Part shown: positions 9,691 through 18,239 of the stretch, one piece after another
Layout of the letters: each line of letters begins with the position of its first letter
How positions within the stretch are numbered: position 1 is the first letter of the stretch
DNA from: Burkholderiaceae bacterium
GTDB lineage: Bacteria; Pseudomonadota; Gammaproteobacteria; Burkholderiales; Burkholderiaceae_E
Assembly (NCBI GenBank): GCA_041396585.1
Contig: JAWKYG010000007.1
Location: 39,318-103,317, forward strand
DNA length: 64,000 nt
Reading direction: 5' to 3'
Notes under the pieces: model-generated
Database searches by the model: none
What the model was told of the DNA's origin: nothing
Seen by the model: only the letters and a program-made list of their open reading frames with translations
Program-made: the position numbers and the translations under genes

Positions 9691-10320
9691 TTGAATGAGC
9701 ACATGGGTCAAAGAGACATGAGGGTCGACATGAACAACAGGCAAACGGTTTCCACGGCGACGGAGCAGGGCGCGCGCGCGCGTCGCTGGCTGCTGGGTGG
9801 TGTATTGGTTGCCGCCTCGGCATTCGCCGTCCATGCGCCGGCACATGCTGGCGGGCGCGGCGATCAGATCGTCGGTGCCATCATCGGCGCCGGCTTCGGC
9901 GCCGTGATCGGGCAGCATATCGGTGGTCAGGACGGGGCCGTCATTGGTGGCGCGATCGGTGCCGCCACGGGGGCAGCGGCGGCGGGTCAGCATGGTCATC
10001 GGGTCTACCGCACCCACCGGCCGGGGCCACAGATCGTGCATGATCCCTACCGCCCGCCGGTGCCGGCCTACCGGCCCGGACATGCGCCGTGGGTGGGCAC
10101 CCTGGCTGCACCTGTGGTGGGTTTCAGGCATGCGCCGGTGGTCGTGCCGCAACCGGTGATTCGTGTCCAGGTACCCTCGGTGGTCTATTATCCGCAACGC
10201 CCGTACCGCCACGGTCATGTCCGCGGATCGGGCCACGGTCACGGCTCGGCAGCACTTGCCCGCGCCTACCGCCAGGGGGTGCGAGACGGCCAGCGCGGCT
10301 ACGATCCCTACCGGCGCTGA
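9691..10320 (+). CDS. secreted glycine-zipper domain protein with Pro/His/Arg-rich tail
   Basis: 209-aa ORF. It has a signal-like segment RRWLLGGVLVAASAFAVHAPAHA and a glycine zipper GAIIGAGFGAVIGQHIGGQDGAVIGGAIGAATGAAAAG. The true start may be an internal Met (9718 or 9730). Confidence 0.6.
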   Translation: MNEHMGQRDMRVDMNNRQTVSTATEQGARARRWLLGGVLVAASAFAVHAPAHAGGRGDQIVGAIIGAGFGAVIGQHIGGQDGAVIGGAIGAATGAAAAGQHGHRVYRTHRPGPQIVHDPYRPPVPAYRPGHAPWVGTLAAPVVGFRHAPVVVPQPVIRVQVPSVVYYPQRPYRHGHVRGSGHGHGSAALARAYRQGVRDGQRGYDPYRR

Positions 10321-10457
10321 GCGCGCCGGGTGGGTGGGCGGCCGTGCCGCTCGCCCATCCGCCCGCCAGGTCCGTGGTGCCATGGGCGGCGGCCCGGTCC
10401 AAGAGAGCGCCCGCTCCGGCCTGTAAGTGACATGACGCCTTCAAGCCCCGAGCGTCC

Positions 10458-11285
10458 ATGTCCGAGAAGATTCCCAATGTGTTGAGCATCGCTGGTGTCG
10501 ATCCTTCCGGCGGCGCCGGCATATTTGCCGATCTGAAGACCTTCAGCGCGCTGGGTGCCTATGGCTGCGGGGTGGTTACCGCCCTGACCGCACAGAACAC
10601 CCGGGCCGTCGAGGGGGTGATGCTGGTCGATCCGGCGTTCGTTCAGCAGCAGATGCGAACCCTGTTTGCCGATGTGCGCATCGATGCGATCAAGATCGGC
10701 ATGCTGGGTGCCGTGCCCTTGATCGAAGGGGTGGCCGAGGCGCTGCGGCGTTTTGCTCCCGGCGTGCCTGTGGTGCTCGATCCGGTCATGGTGGCCAAGA
10801 GCGGCGATCCCTTGCTCGCGGAGGATGCGGTCGACGCCTTGCGCAGCACCTTGCTGCCCCTGGCCACGCTGATCACCCCGAATCTGCCCGAGGCTGGCGT
10901 GTTGCTCGGCGGCGCCGCGCCCGCGAGCCTAGACGAGATGCGCATCGCCTTGCCCCGCTTGCGCGCCATGATGGCGCCTGGTGCCGGACACTGGGTGATG
11001 CTCAAGGGCGGCCATCTCGACGACCGCGCCGACGATCTGCTGGGCGATGGTGACACCGTGATCGAGCTGCCCGGCAGGCGCGTGCCCACCCGCAATACCC
11101 ATGGCACCGGCTGCTCGCTGTCGGCGGCGATTGCCGCGCTGCTGCCGCGGGCCGAGAACCTCCCCGATGCGGTACGGCAGGCCAAACAGTGGTTGTCCGG
11201 CGCGATCGAGCATGCCGACGACCTGAGCGTGGGCGAGGGGCACGGGCCCGTGCATCACTTTCACGAGCTCTGGGGGCAGTACTGA
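10458..11285 (+). CDS. thiD: hydroxymethylpyrimidine/phosphomethylpyrimidine kinase
   Basis: 275-aa ORF reading VLSIAGVDPSGGAGIFADLKTFSALGAYGCGVVTALTAQNT...THGTGCSLSAAIAALL, the classic ThiD signature. Confidence 0.9.
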   Translation: MSEKIPNVLSIAGVDPSGGAGIFADLKTFSALGAYGCGVVTALTAQNTRAVEGVMLVDPAFVQQQMRTLFADVRIDAIKIGMLGAVPLIEGVAEALRRFAPGVPVVLDPVMVAKSGDPLLAEDAVDALRSTLLPLATLITPNLPEAGVLLGGAAPASLDEMRIALPRLRAMMAPGAGHWVMLKGGHLDDRADDLLGDGDTVIELPGRRVPTRNTHGTGCSLSAAIAALLPRAENLPDAVRQAKQWLSGAIEHADDLSVGEGHGPVHHFHELWGQY

Positions 11286-11557
11286 CCAGGGTGTGCACCG
11301 GGCTTGGCGCGCCAAGATTGCTGGAGCGCGCCGGGCGCGGTGTGCCAGGATTGCTGGGGCAGGCGTCGGGCTCGGTGTACCAAGACGGCCGTGGGCTGCA
11401 ATCAGAGAGGCGCGGTCGTCACGCACTGCCGACGCTCGTCGACGAGCCGTTCGTCAGGCCATGCGGTCGCCACGCATCGCCTCGATTGTCGGCACCCGTG
11501 GGGCAGGGCATATTGATGTGACCGCGTCATGTGCGCTCAGATACAGATGCTGCATCC

Positions 11558-12406
11558 ATGTTCGAATTGCTCGTCGCCCTTCCGATTCTGGTCAAGGCGG
11601 TCATTCTCGGTATCGTCGAGGGCCTGACCGAGTTCCTGCCGATCTCCAGCACCGGTCACCTGATTCTGGCGGGCAGTCTTCTGGGCTACCACGACGCCTC
11701 TGCCAAGGTTTTCGATGTCGCGATCCAGACCGGGGCGATGTTCGCGGTCATCGTGCACTTCCGCCGGCGGATCGCGGCCACCCTGTCGGGCCTGTTCAGC
11801 GACCCGGTCGCGCAGCGGTTCGCGATCAATGTGTGTATCGCCTTCATTCCCGCGGCGGTGCTGGGCGTGATGTTCGCCAGCAAGATCAAGTCGTATCTGT
11901 TCGCGCCGGTTCCGGTGGCGATTGCGCTGATCGTGGGCGGGATCGTGATCATGGTGGTCGAGAACTACAACCGTCACCATGCCAGGCCGCCACGGGTGAC
12001 CACGGTGGATCAGATGACCTGGGTGGATGCGTTGAAGGTGGGTTTCGCGCAGGCCTTCGCGCTGATCCCCGGCACCAGCCGCTCGGGCGCGACCATCATC
12101 GGCGGCATGTTGTTCGGCCTGTCGCGCATCACGGCCACCGAGTTCTCTTTTTATCTGGCCATTCCGACACTGATCGGCGCGGGTGTCTATGACACCTTCA
12201 AGTACCGTGATCTGCTGTCGATGGACGACCTGCCGGTGTTTGCGGTGGGCACGATCGTCGCGTTCTTCTGCGCCTGGGCCTGCGTGGCCTGGTTGATCCG
12301 CTATGTGGCCAGCCGCGATTTCATGCCCTTTGCCTGGTACCGGATCGTGTTCGGTCTGATCGTGCTCGCCACGGCCTGGACCGGCGTGGTCGACTGGGCC
12401 GACTGA
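11558..12406 (+). CDS. uppP: undecaprenyl-diphosphate phosphatase
   Basis: Internal Met of ORF 11531..12406 begins [37 protein letters not shown]...[13 protein letters not shown], which are the BacA/UppP motifs. Confidence 0.9.
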   Translation: MFELLVALPILVKAVILGIVEGLTEFLPISSTGHLILAGSLLGYHDASAKVFDVAIQTGAMFAVIVHFRRRIAATLSGLFSDPVAQRFAINVCIAFIPAAVLGVMFASKIKSYLFAPVPVAIALIVGGIVIMVVENYNRHHARPPRVTTVDQMTWVDALKVGFAQAFALIPGTSRSGATIIGGMLFGLSRITATEFSFYLAIPTLIGAGVYDTFKYRDLLSMDDLPVFAVGTIVAFFCAWACVAWLIRYVASRDFMPFAWYRIVFGLIVLATAWTGVVDWAD

Positions 12407-12424
12407 GCCTGCCCAACCCGGGGC

Positions 12425-13267
12425 CTAGCCCAGACGCTCGAAGATCAGATCGAATACCGGGTGGCCGAGTCGCAGGCCGCGTTGCTCGAACTTGGTCAGC
12501 GGGCGCCATTGCGGGCGCGGATGAAAGTCCTGCGCGCAGTTGCGCAGCGACGGCTCGGCCGACAAGACCTCCAGCATCTGCCCGGCATACTCGGCCCAGT
12601 CGGTGGCACAGTGCAGCCGCGCGCCGATCGCCATCCGCTGCACGACCAGATTCACGAACGGTGCCTGAATCAGCCGCCGTTTGTGATGGCGCTTTTTGGG
12701 CCATGGGTCGGGGAAGAAGATATTGACACCGGCCAGCGCGCCCGGCGCGATCATGTTCTCGAGCACCTCGACCGCGTCGGCCTGGATCACCCGCAGGTTC
12801 TGCAGGCCGAGATCTTCGATCCGGCGCAGCAGCGTGCCAACCCCCGCCGGATACACCTCGATACCCAGGAAGTTGCGATCCGGGTTGTCGGCCGCAATGC
12901 GGGCCGTGGTCTCGCCCATGCCGCAACCGATCTCGAGCGTCACCGGGTGCTCATTGCCGAACACCTGCCGCATATCGAGCCGAGCGGCCCGGTACGGTAC
13001 GGCCCAGGCCTCGCGCAGCCCGGCCAGGGCAGCCCGTTGACCGGGTGTGAGATGTCCGCGGCGGGTGCCGAAGCTGCGAATACGCGCGCCGTCGGGCCCG
13101 GCGGGCGCCGCCTGGCGCACGGCCACCACACTGGCGCCGGCGATGTCTGCGCCGGCGTCGGCGCCGGTGGCTGCGCAAGACGCGATGTCACAGGCGACGT
13201 CAGCGCCGGCCTGTTGGCGATCGCCCGTCATGCTGCTGCCAGAAGGCTGGGGGACGGCCGCGTTCAC
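12425..13267 (-). CDS. trmB: tRNA (guanine-N7)-methyltransferase
   Basis: 280-aa ORF reading [29 protein letters not shown]...[16 protein letters not shown], with a low-complexity N-terminal extension. The start overlaps the thiG stop (13264-13267). Confidence 0.85.
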   Translation of the reverse strand: MNAAVPQPSGSSMTGDRQQAGADVACDIASCAATGADAGADIAGASVVAVRQAAPAGPDGARIRSFGTRRGHLTPGQRAALAGLREAWAVPYRAARLDMRQVFGNEHPVTLEIGCGMGETTARIAADNPDRNFLGIEVYPAGVGTLLRRIEDLGLQNLRVIQADAVEVLENMIAPGALAGVNIFFPDPWPKKRHHKRRLIQAPFVNLVVQRMAIGARLHCATDWAEYAGQMLEVLSAEPSLRNCAQDFHPRPQWRPLTKFEQRGLRLGHPVFDLIFERLG

Positions 13268-14052
13268 GAGCCGATCAGACCCGAGGTCGGCGACGAGGCG
13301 GAGGCCGTGTAGAAGCGCTTGGGCATGCGCCCGGCGAGAAAGGCCTCGCGGCCGGCCTCGACGCCCTTACGCATCGCGCCGGCCATCATGATCGGATTCC
13401 TGGCCTTGGCGACCGCGGTGTTCATCAGCACGCCGGCGCAGCCCATCTCCATGGCCACGGTGGCGTCCGAGGCCGTGCCAACCCCGGCATCGACGATCAC
13501 CGGCACCTTGGCCTGTTCGATGATCAGTTGCAGATTCCAGGGGTTCAGGATGCCCATGCCCGAGCCGATCAGCGAGGCCAGCGGCATGACTGCGGCGGCA
13601 CCGGCATCTTCGAGCATGCGTGCCTGAATCGGGTCGTCGCTGCAGTAGACCATGACCTCGAAACCTTCGGCGACCAGCGTACGCGTGGCGGCGAGGGTCT
13701 CGGGCATGTTCGGGAACAAGGTTTTCTCGTCGCCCAGCACCTCGAGCTTGACCAGCGTGTGGTCATCGAGCAGTTCGCGCGCCAGACGCAGGGTGCGCAC
13801 CGCATCGTCGGCGCTATAGCAGCCGGCCGTGTTCGGCAGGATTGTGAAGCGCTCGGGCGGTACCGCATCGAGCAGATTGGGCGCGCCCGCTTCCTGGCCG
13901 ATATTGGTGCGCCGGATCGCGACCGTCACGATCTCGGCACCGCTCGCCTCGATCGCATCGCGAGTCTGCTCGAAGGATTCGTACTTGCCCGTGCCGATCA
14001 GCAGGCGTGAGCGGAAAGTGCGTTTGCCCACCTGCCAGGTGTCTTCAGTCAT
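13264..14052 (-). CDS. thiG: thiazole synthase
   Basis: 262-aa ORF reading [12 protein letters not shown]...LPNTAGC...[14 protein letters not shown]...[13 protein letters not shown]. Confidence 0.9.
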   Translation of the reverse strand: MTEDTWQVGKRTFRSRLLIGTGKYESFEQTRDAIEASGAEIVTVAIRRTNIGQEAGAPNLLDAVPPERFTILPNTAGCYSADDAVRTLRLARELLDDHTLVKLEVLGDEKTLFPNMPETLAATRTLVAEGFEVMVYCSDDPIQARMLEDAGAAAVMPLASLIGSGMGILNPWNLQLIIEQAKVPVIVDAGVGTASDATVAMEMGCAGVLMNTAVAKARNPIMMAGAMRKGVEAGREAFLAGRMPKRFYTASASSPTSGLIGS

Positions 14053-14124
14053 CGGGGGTCCTCATGTGATGCGGATGAATACGAAAACGTGCAGCCTGCG
14101 GTCGCGGCCGACGCGACGAGAGCT

Positions 14125-14352
14125 TCAGCCACCGCCCACGGCAACCACGATCTCGAGCTGGTCGCCGTCGGCCAGCCCGGTGCGGCCATGCAGCGAACGC
14201 GGCACGATCTCGCCATTGCGTTCGACCGCGATGCGCTTGCCACTGAGGCCAAGCGCATCGACGAGCTCGGCAACTGTGTAAGCGGCCGCGACCTCGCGTC
14301 GGGTGCCGTTGACCGTGATCTGAACAGGGGCGGGCGCTGTCATGGTCGCCAA
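14125..14352 (-). CDS. thiS: sulfur carrier protein ThiS
   Basis: 75-aa ORF ending in the ...VVAVGGG diglycine C-terminus, directly upstream of thiG. Confidence 0.8.
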   Translation of the reverse strand: MATMTAPAPVQITVNGTRREVAAAYTVAELVDALGLSGKRIAVERNGEIVPRSLHGRTGLADGDQLEIVVAVGGG

Positions 14353-14354
14353 TG

Positions 14355-14480
14355 AACGGGATGGGAGCTGAATGGGGACGGCATCGGCCCCCGGCCCGGT
14401 GACCAGGGGCCGGCTGCGGCCATGGGTTGCATATTTTAGCGCTCAGCCTTGCGCGAGGCACCGCGAGCTTCGATCATCGC
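14355..14480 (-). promoter_or_regulatory. possible degenerate TPP (THI-box) riboswitch in the thiS leader
   Basis: The minus-strand leader contains, in the expected order, GCGGUGCC, GGCUGAGC, AACCC, CCUGGUC and GAUGCCG. These resemble GGGGUGC / GCUGAGA / ACCC / ACCUGAUC / AAUGCC, but both of the most conserved boxes carry mismatches. Confidence 0.3.
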
Positions 14481-14525
14481 GCCCGAGCTTGCATGACGCG
14501 GGGCCTGCTACACTTCGCTCCGATT

Positions 14526-14599
14526 GCGGGTGTAGTTCAATGGTAGAACGGCAGCTTCCCAAGCTGCATACGAGGGTTCGATTCCCTTCACCCGCTCCA
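14526..14599 (+). tRNA. tRNA-Gly (anticodon CCC)
   Basis: Hand-folded cloverleaf. Acceptor stem GCGGGTG/CACCCGC, D-arm GTTC..GAAC, anticodon stem GCAGC/GCTGC with loop TTCCCAA, T-arm GAGGG TTCGATT CCCTT, discriminator T, and an encoded CCA. Confidence 0.9.
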
Positions 14600-14604
14600 C
14601 TGCA

Positions 14605-15692
14605 TCATTCTGCGGACTTCTGGCAATCGTCAGCGCAGTCGGGGTCGGCCATCAGGGTCTGGCCATCAGCCGGCGCCCAGTGCCCGCCGGCGTCTGGCTC
14701 GGTCAGCGTCAGCAAGACATCGGCGTACCACGCAGTTCAGCCCCAGCGATTCGTCCTGCTCGACATCACGGGCCACCATGTCCATGCGGGTCGAATGCGC
14801 CAAGCAACTGCCACGGCATTTGCGCATCGCCCCGGTAGCGTTCGCGACGGCGCAGCACCGGCGAGCCGCTACTGCCTCGGTGGGTTCTGGCGTCGGTCAG
14901 GAAATAGCCATGTTGCTGGAAACGGATTCCGAATGCCGCGCCACGGAGGCGCTGCGCGCCACCGCCAGGTGATGCACGGTGTCGTGAAATCCGAGCGACG
15001 ATCACGGTCAGCACATCGCCGATGCCTACCCGCTCACCCTGCCCCGGGTCGGGGATGCGCCGGCTCGAAGGCCCGCAGCACCGCTTCCGGGTAGCCGCTC
15101 GCGTTCCAACTCGATCACCGCGATATCCACGGTTCCCTCGCTGTCGGCTGCCTGTCGCCAAAGCCCGAGTCCGTCCCGGTACAGCGGAATCGAGAACACC
15201 ACATGCTGGGTCAGATCATGCTCGTCACTGTGAAGCTCGATTTCTACGGTCAGGAAAATGGCCTCGGCTGGTCGGAGAGAGCACATGCCGGTTGAGGACC
15301 AGGTACAGGCGTTCATCGCGGCGAGAAAGAAGAATCCGCTCGCGCCCGTCAGCAGAAGCTGGCCGTCATAGGTGCGGATCTGGGTGGTGGTGAGCAGCGC
15401 ATCGCCTCGACGGGCGAATCGCGCTCGTCGAGGGTCTGCTGCGGCCCTGTCCCGCAGTAAGCTGCGCATCCTGGCGACATCGCGCTCGAAGGCGTGATGA
15501 GCACATGATCGGAGATGTCGGTGTTCAGCATCACCGTGCGCGCCGCCTCTGCATGGGCCTGGAATGATTCTTCGAGATTGCCGCGCATCGATAGCGGCAG
15601 CGCCTCGGCAGTGCCGGCAGCAGCGCGTCGATCGCGATCTGGCTGCCCTTTAGTTCGCAGATTCTTTCGGTGGCATCTTGGAGATTTCGCAT
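14605..15692 (-). pseudogene. trypsin-like serine protease, at least 5 frameshifts
   Basis: Fragments lie in three frames. They are MRNLQDATERICELKGSQIAIDALLP (from 15692), MRGNLEESFQAHAEAARTVMLNTDISDHVLITP, QIRTYDGQLLLTGASGFFF...EGTVDIAVIELERE, GYFLTDARTHRGSSGSPVL (Ser-active-site motif), and LGVHSTRMDMVARDVEQDESLGLN...WYADVLLTLTEPD. The stop is at 14605-14607, 6 nt from the tRNA 3' end. Confidence 0.6.
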
Positions 15693-15881
15693 CGTTCTGT
15701 CGCCGGCAAGGGTGCTGGAAACGAAAAAGCGCGGCCAGGCCGCGCTCTCGTGGACACCACCACGCGCATGGCGCGGTGGTGTCAGGCAGTCCAGTGCTTC
15801 GGGCCGAGTGCTCAGCGGCGATGACGTACCCAGTTCGCCGTCGATCGGAGAACTCAAAGCACGGGCTGAGCGGCCCTTAGC

Positions 15882-16088
15882 TCAGTGCGAATCTTCGGAA
15901 ACCTGCGGGCCTTTGGCGCCCTGGCTGACTTCGAATTCCACGCGTTGGTTCTCGACCAGCGTCTTGAAGCCGCCGGCCTGAATTTCACGGAAGTGAGCGA
16001 ACAGGTCTTTGCTGCCGTCATCAGGGGCGATGAAGCCAAAACACCGTTCTTCGTTGAACCATTTCACGGTTCCGGTCTGTGTTGCCAT
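15882..16088 (-). CDS. cspA: cold-shock protein, CspA family
   Basis: 68-aa ORF reading [31 protein letters not shown], which contains the RNP1/RNP2 motifs. Confidence 0.9.
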   Translation of the reverse strand: MATQTGTVKWFNEERCFGFIAPDDGSKDLFAHFREIQAGGFKTLVENQRVEFEVSQGAKGPQVSEDSH

Positions 16089-16309
16089 TGTGATTTCCTT
16101 TGAGGATAGCCAGGACGCGACGCTGCGCCCGGCGAAGAGACGCCAAGAAAATCAGCAAGAGGGGAACGAAACCGATATCGGCAGGACGCCGAGAAAGGGC
16201 AGACCGTTGCAGTGATGGTCTTGTACATATCCAACTCCTTCATGATACAGGCTTTGAAGGTGTGATGGTGAATGGCCCCACAAATTTGTCGTTGATTCGC
16301 CAGCGGAGA

Positions 16310-17560
16310 TCATTGTGCGGCCGCGCTTACCCGCAGCAGTCTGCCGCGCGGGCCATCCGTGAGGACATAGAGCCCGAGCCGTCAGGGCCTTCGCGCAGGT
16401 CACGGATCCGCTCGCGCAGATCGCGCAGCAGCCATTCCTCGCCGATCACTCTGTCGCCATCGAGTTTCAGGCGTACCAGTTTGCGAGCCCAGGCCGCCAA
16501 TGAAAACATCACCTTGCCAGGCCGGCATGCCGCGGCCGCTGTGGATGACCATGCCCGATGGTGCGATCACCGGGTCCCAGTAGTAGACCGGCTGCTCCAT
16601 GCCGGCGCCCTGGGTGGCGTCGTGCATGATCTCGCCCGAGTAGTCGATGCCATAGCCGATGACCGGCCAGCCATGGTTGCGACCGGCCTGCGGACGGTTC
16701 AGTTCATCGCCGCCGCGCGGACCGTGTTCGACCGTCCATAACCGGCCCTGGCCGTCGAGCGCGGCGCCCTGGATATTGCGATGGCCCAGCGACCAGATCT
16801 CCGGGCGGGCGCCGCGGCGGTCGACGAACGGATTGTCTGCCGGCACCGAACCGTCAGGGCGCAGGCGCACCACCTTGCCCAGATGGCCGTCCAGCGTCTG
16901 GGCCTGGGCCCGCGCCGGTCGGATCCCGCGATCGCCCAGCGTGAGGAACAGATGCCTGCCGTCCGCGTCGAATACGATGCGCGAACCAAAGTGCAGTCCG
17001 GAGCGGATCGTCGGCATCTGTCGGAACAGCACCCGTACATTGACGAGCCGGGCCCCGGTCGCGCTCTCGTGAAGCTCACCACTTGCCAGCGCGGTGCCCG
17101 CGCCGCCCCCGTCGCGCGGCTCGGCGTAGCTCCAGTAGATCCGTCCGTTGCCGGCGAAACCGGGGGCCGCGACCACGTCGAGCAATCCGCCCTGACGCTC
17201 GGCGAAGACCGCAGGCAGGCCGGCCACCGGATCGGAGATCTCTCCCGTGGGGTCGATGATGCGCATCGCCCCTGGTCGTTCGGTCACGAGGAACCGGCCA
17301 TCGGGCAGCAGCGCCACGGCCCAGGGCTGGTTCAGGCCGTCAGCGATCGTCTGCACCTGCAGGCGTGGCGAGTCCGGCAGTCGTGGCGCCCGGGTTTGTT
17401 GCTCGAACGCGGGCCGGGCCGACTGATTATTCGGTGCGCGGGTCTCGAGTGTCTGTTCGGCAAGGCCGGCGAGCGGACCGAGCGCCAGGGCCGAGAACAG
17501 CAGGCCGGCGGTCGCAGTCCGTGTCAGGCGCATGTTGGCGCTGAATACGTGTACGGGCAT
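16310..17560 (-). pseudogene. PQQ-dependent (soluble) sugar/aldose dehydrogenase, two C-terminal frameshifts
   Basis: ORF 16400..17560 has a signal peptide MRLTRTATAGLLFSALALG and reads GLNQPWAVALLPDGRFLVTERPG...HFGSRIVFD...IWSLGHRNIQG...GPRGGDELN. The tail continues in other frames as [36 protein letters not shown], then [15 protein letters not shown], with the stop at 16310. The likely true start is Met at 17533. Confidence 0.8.
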
Positions 17561-17901
17561 GGTCGGACGGAAGGCGGGATCGGATCAGGGCGAAGTTCGT
17601 CACGGGCGATGATCGAGGCATCATCAGGGGCGGGGCATCGACAGGGCCACCCGGGCGCGAGCGACTCTGCCCATGGTGCCGCGGACCCCCCGCGCCGGGG
17701 CAACGGCCCTACAGGGGGCGCGGGTAGAATCGGCGGGGTCGTCAGGCGTGATCGCGCAAGCACGAACGGTGGTCCGGTCGCGCGTTCGGTGCCGCACCGG
17801 TGCCGCCCACTGGCAGCATGTGCGTCCGCCGCTGATGCCTCTGGCAGATGCCGATGTCGCCGCGCTCGAGCAGGAACTCGATGCGATCGGCTTCACGATC
17901 G

Positions 17902-18022
17902 ATGGTCTGGCCTGATCGTGGTCTGATCGTGGTCTGATCGCTGCCCGATCCCGGTGCGATCCCGGTGCGATCCCGGTGCGATCCCGGTGCGATCCCGGTG
18001 CGATCCCGGTGCGATTCGGCCG
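17902..18022. repeat. 11-bp-period tandem repeat (about 11 units, two subfamilies) carrying nine in-phase GATC sites
   Basis: Read directly. tgatcgtggtc occurs twice (17913, 17924), tgatcgctgcc once (17935), and cgatcccggtg six times (17946-18011), with degenerate edge units. It lies in the intergenic region between the dehydrogenase and the chemoreceptor gene. Confidence 0.85.
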
Positions 18023-18239
18023 CGGCGATGCTTGTCCGATGGATCTGGCCCGTGAACCCCTGGCCGGCGGCCCGGGGCTGACAAGCGCGTTCCAGTTCCG
18101 AAGCGCACCGTGCAGCTCCCGCTTTTCGGTGGCCGCGGCGGCGAGCGCGACCCTAGAGTAGGGCGAGACGTTCCGCTTTGCGGGCGCCGGCGCCGCTGCA
18201 GGCCCGGGCTCGCGACCGACCTGCTCTGGCCGCCAACAC

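Noticed and set aside
11300-11370. Near-identical 14-mers gccaagattgctgg and gccaggattgctgg, about 35 bp apart between thiD and uppP
   Set aside because: There is a single pair with one mismatch, no palindromic character and no recognisable operator consensus. It is likely chance or a minor duplication.
14372-15094. 240-aa plus-strand ORF
   Set aside because: It reads straight through the tRNA-Gly gene and the antisense of the protease pseudogene, so it cannot be a real CDS.
17902-18022. Possibility that the 11-bp repeats (here and at 9558-9615) are a CRISPR array
   Set aside because: The units are directly abutting with no spacers, the unit length of 11 bp is far below CRISPR repeat size, and there are no cas genes in the window.
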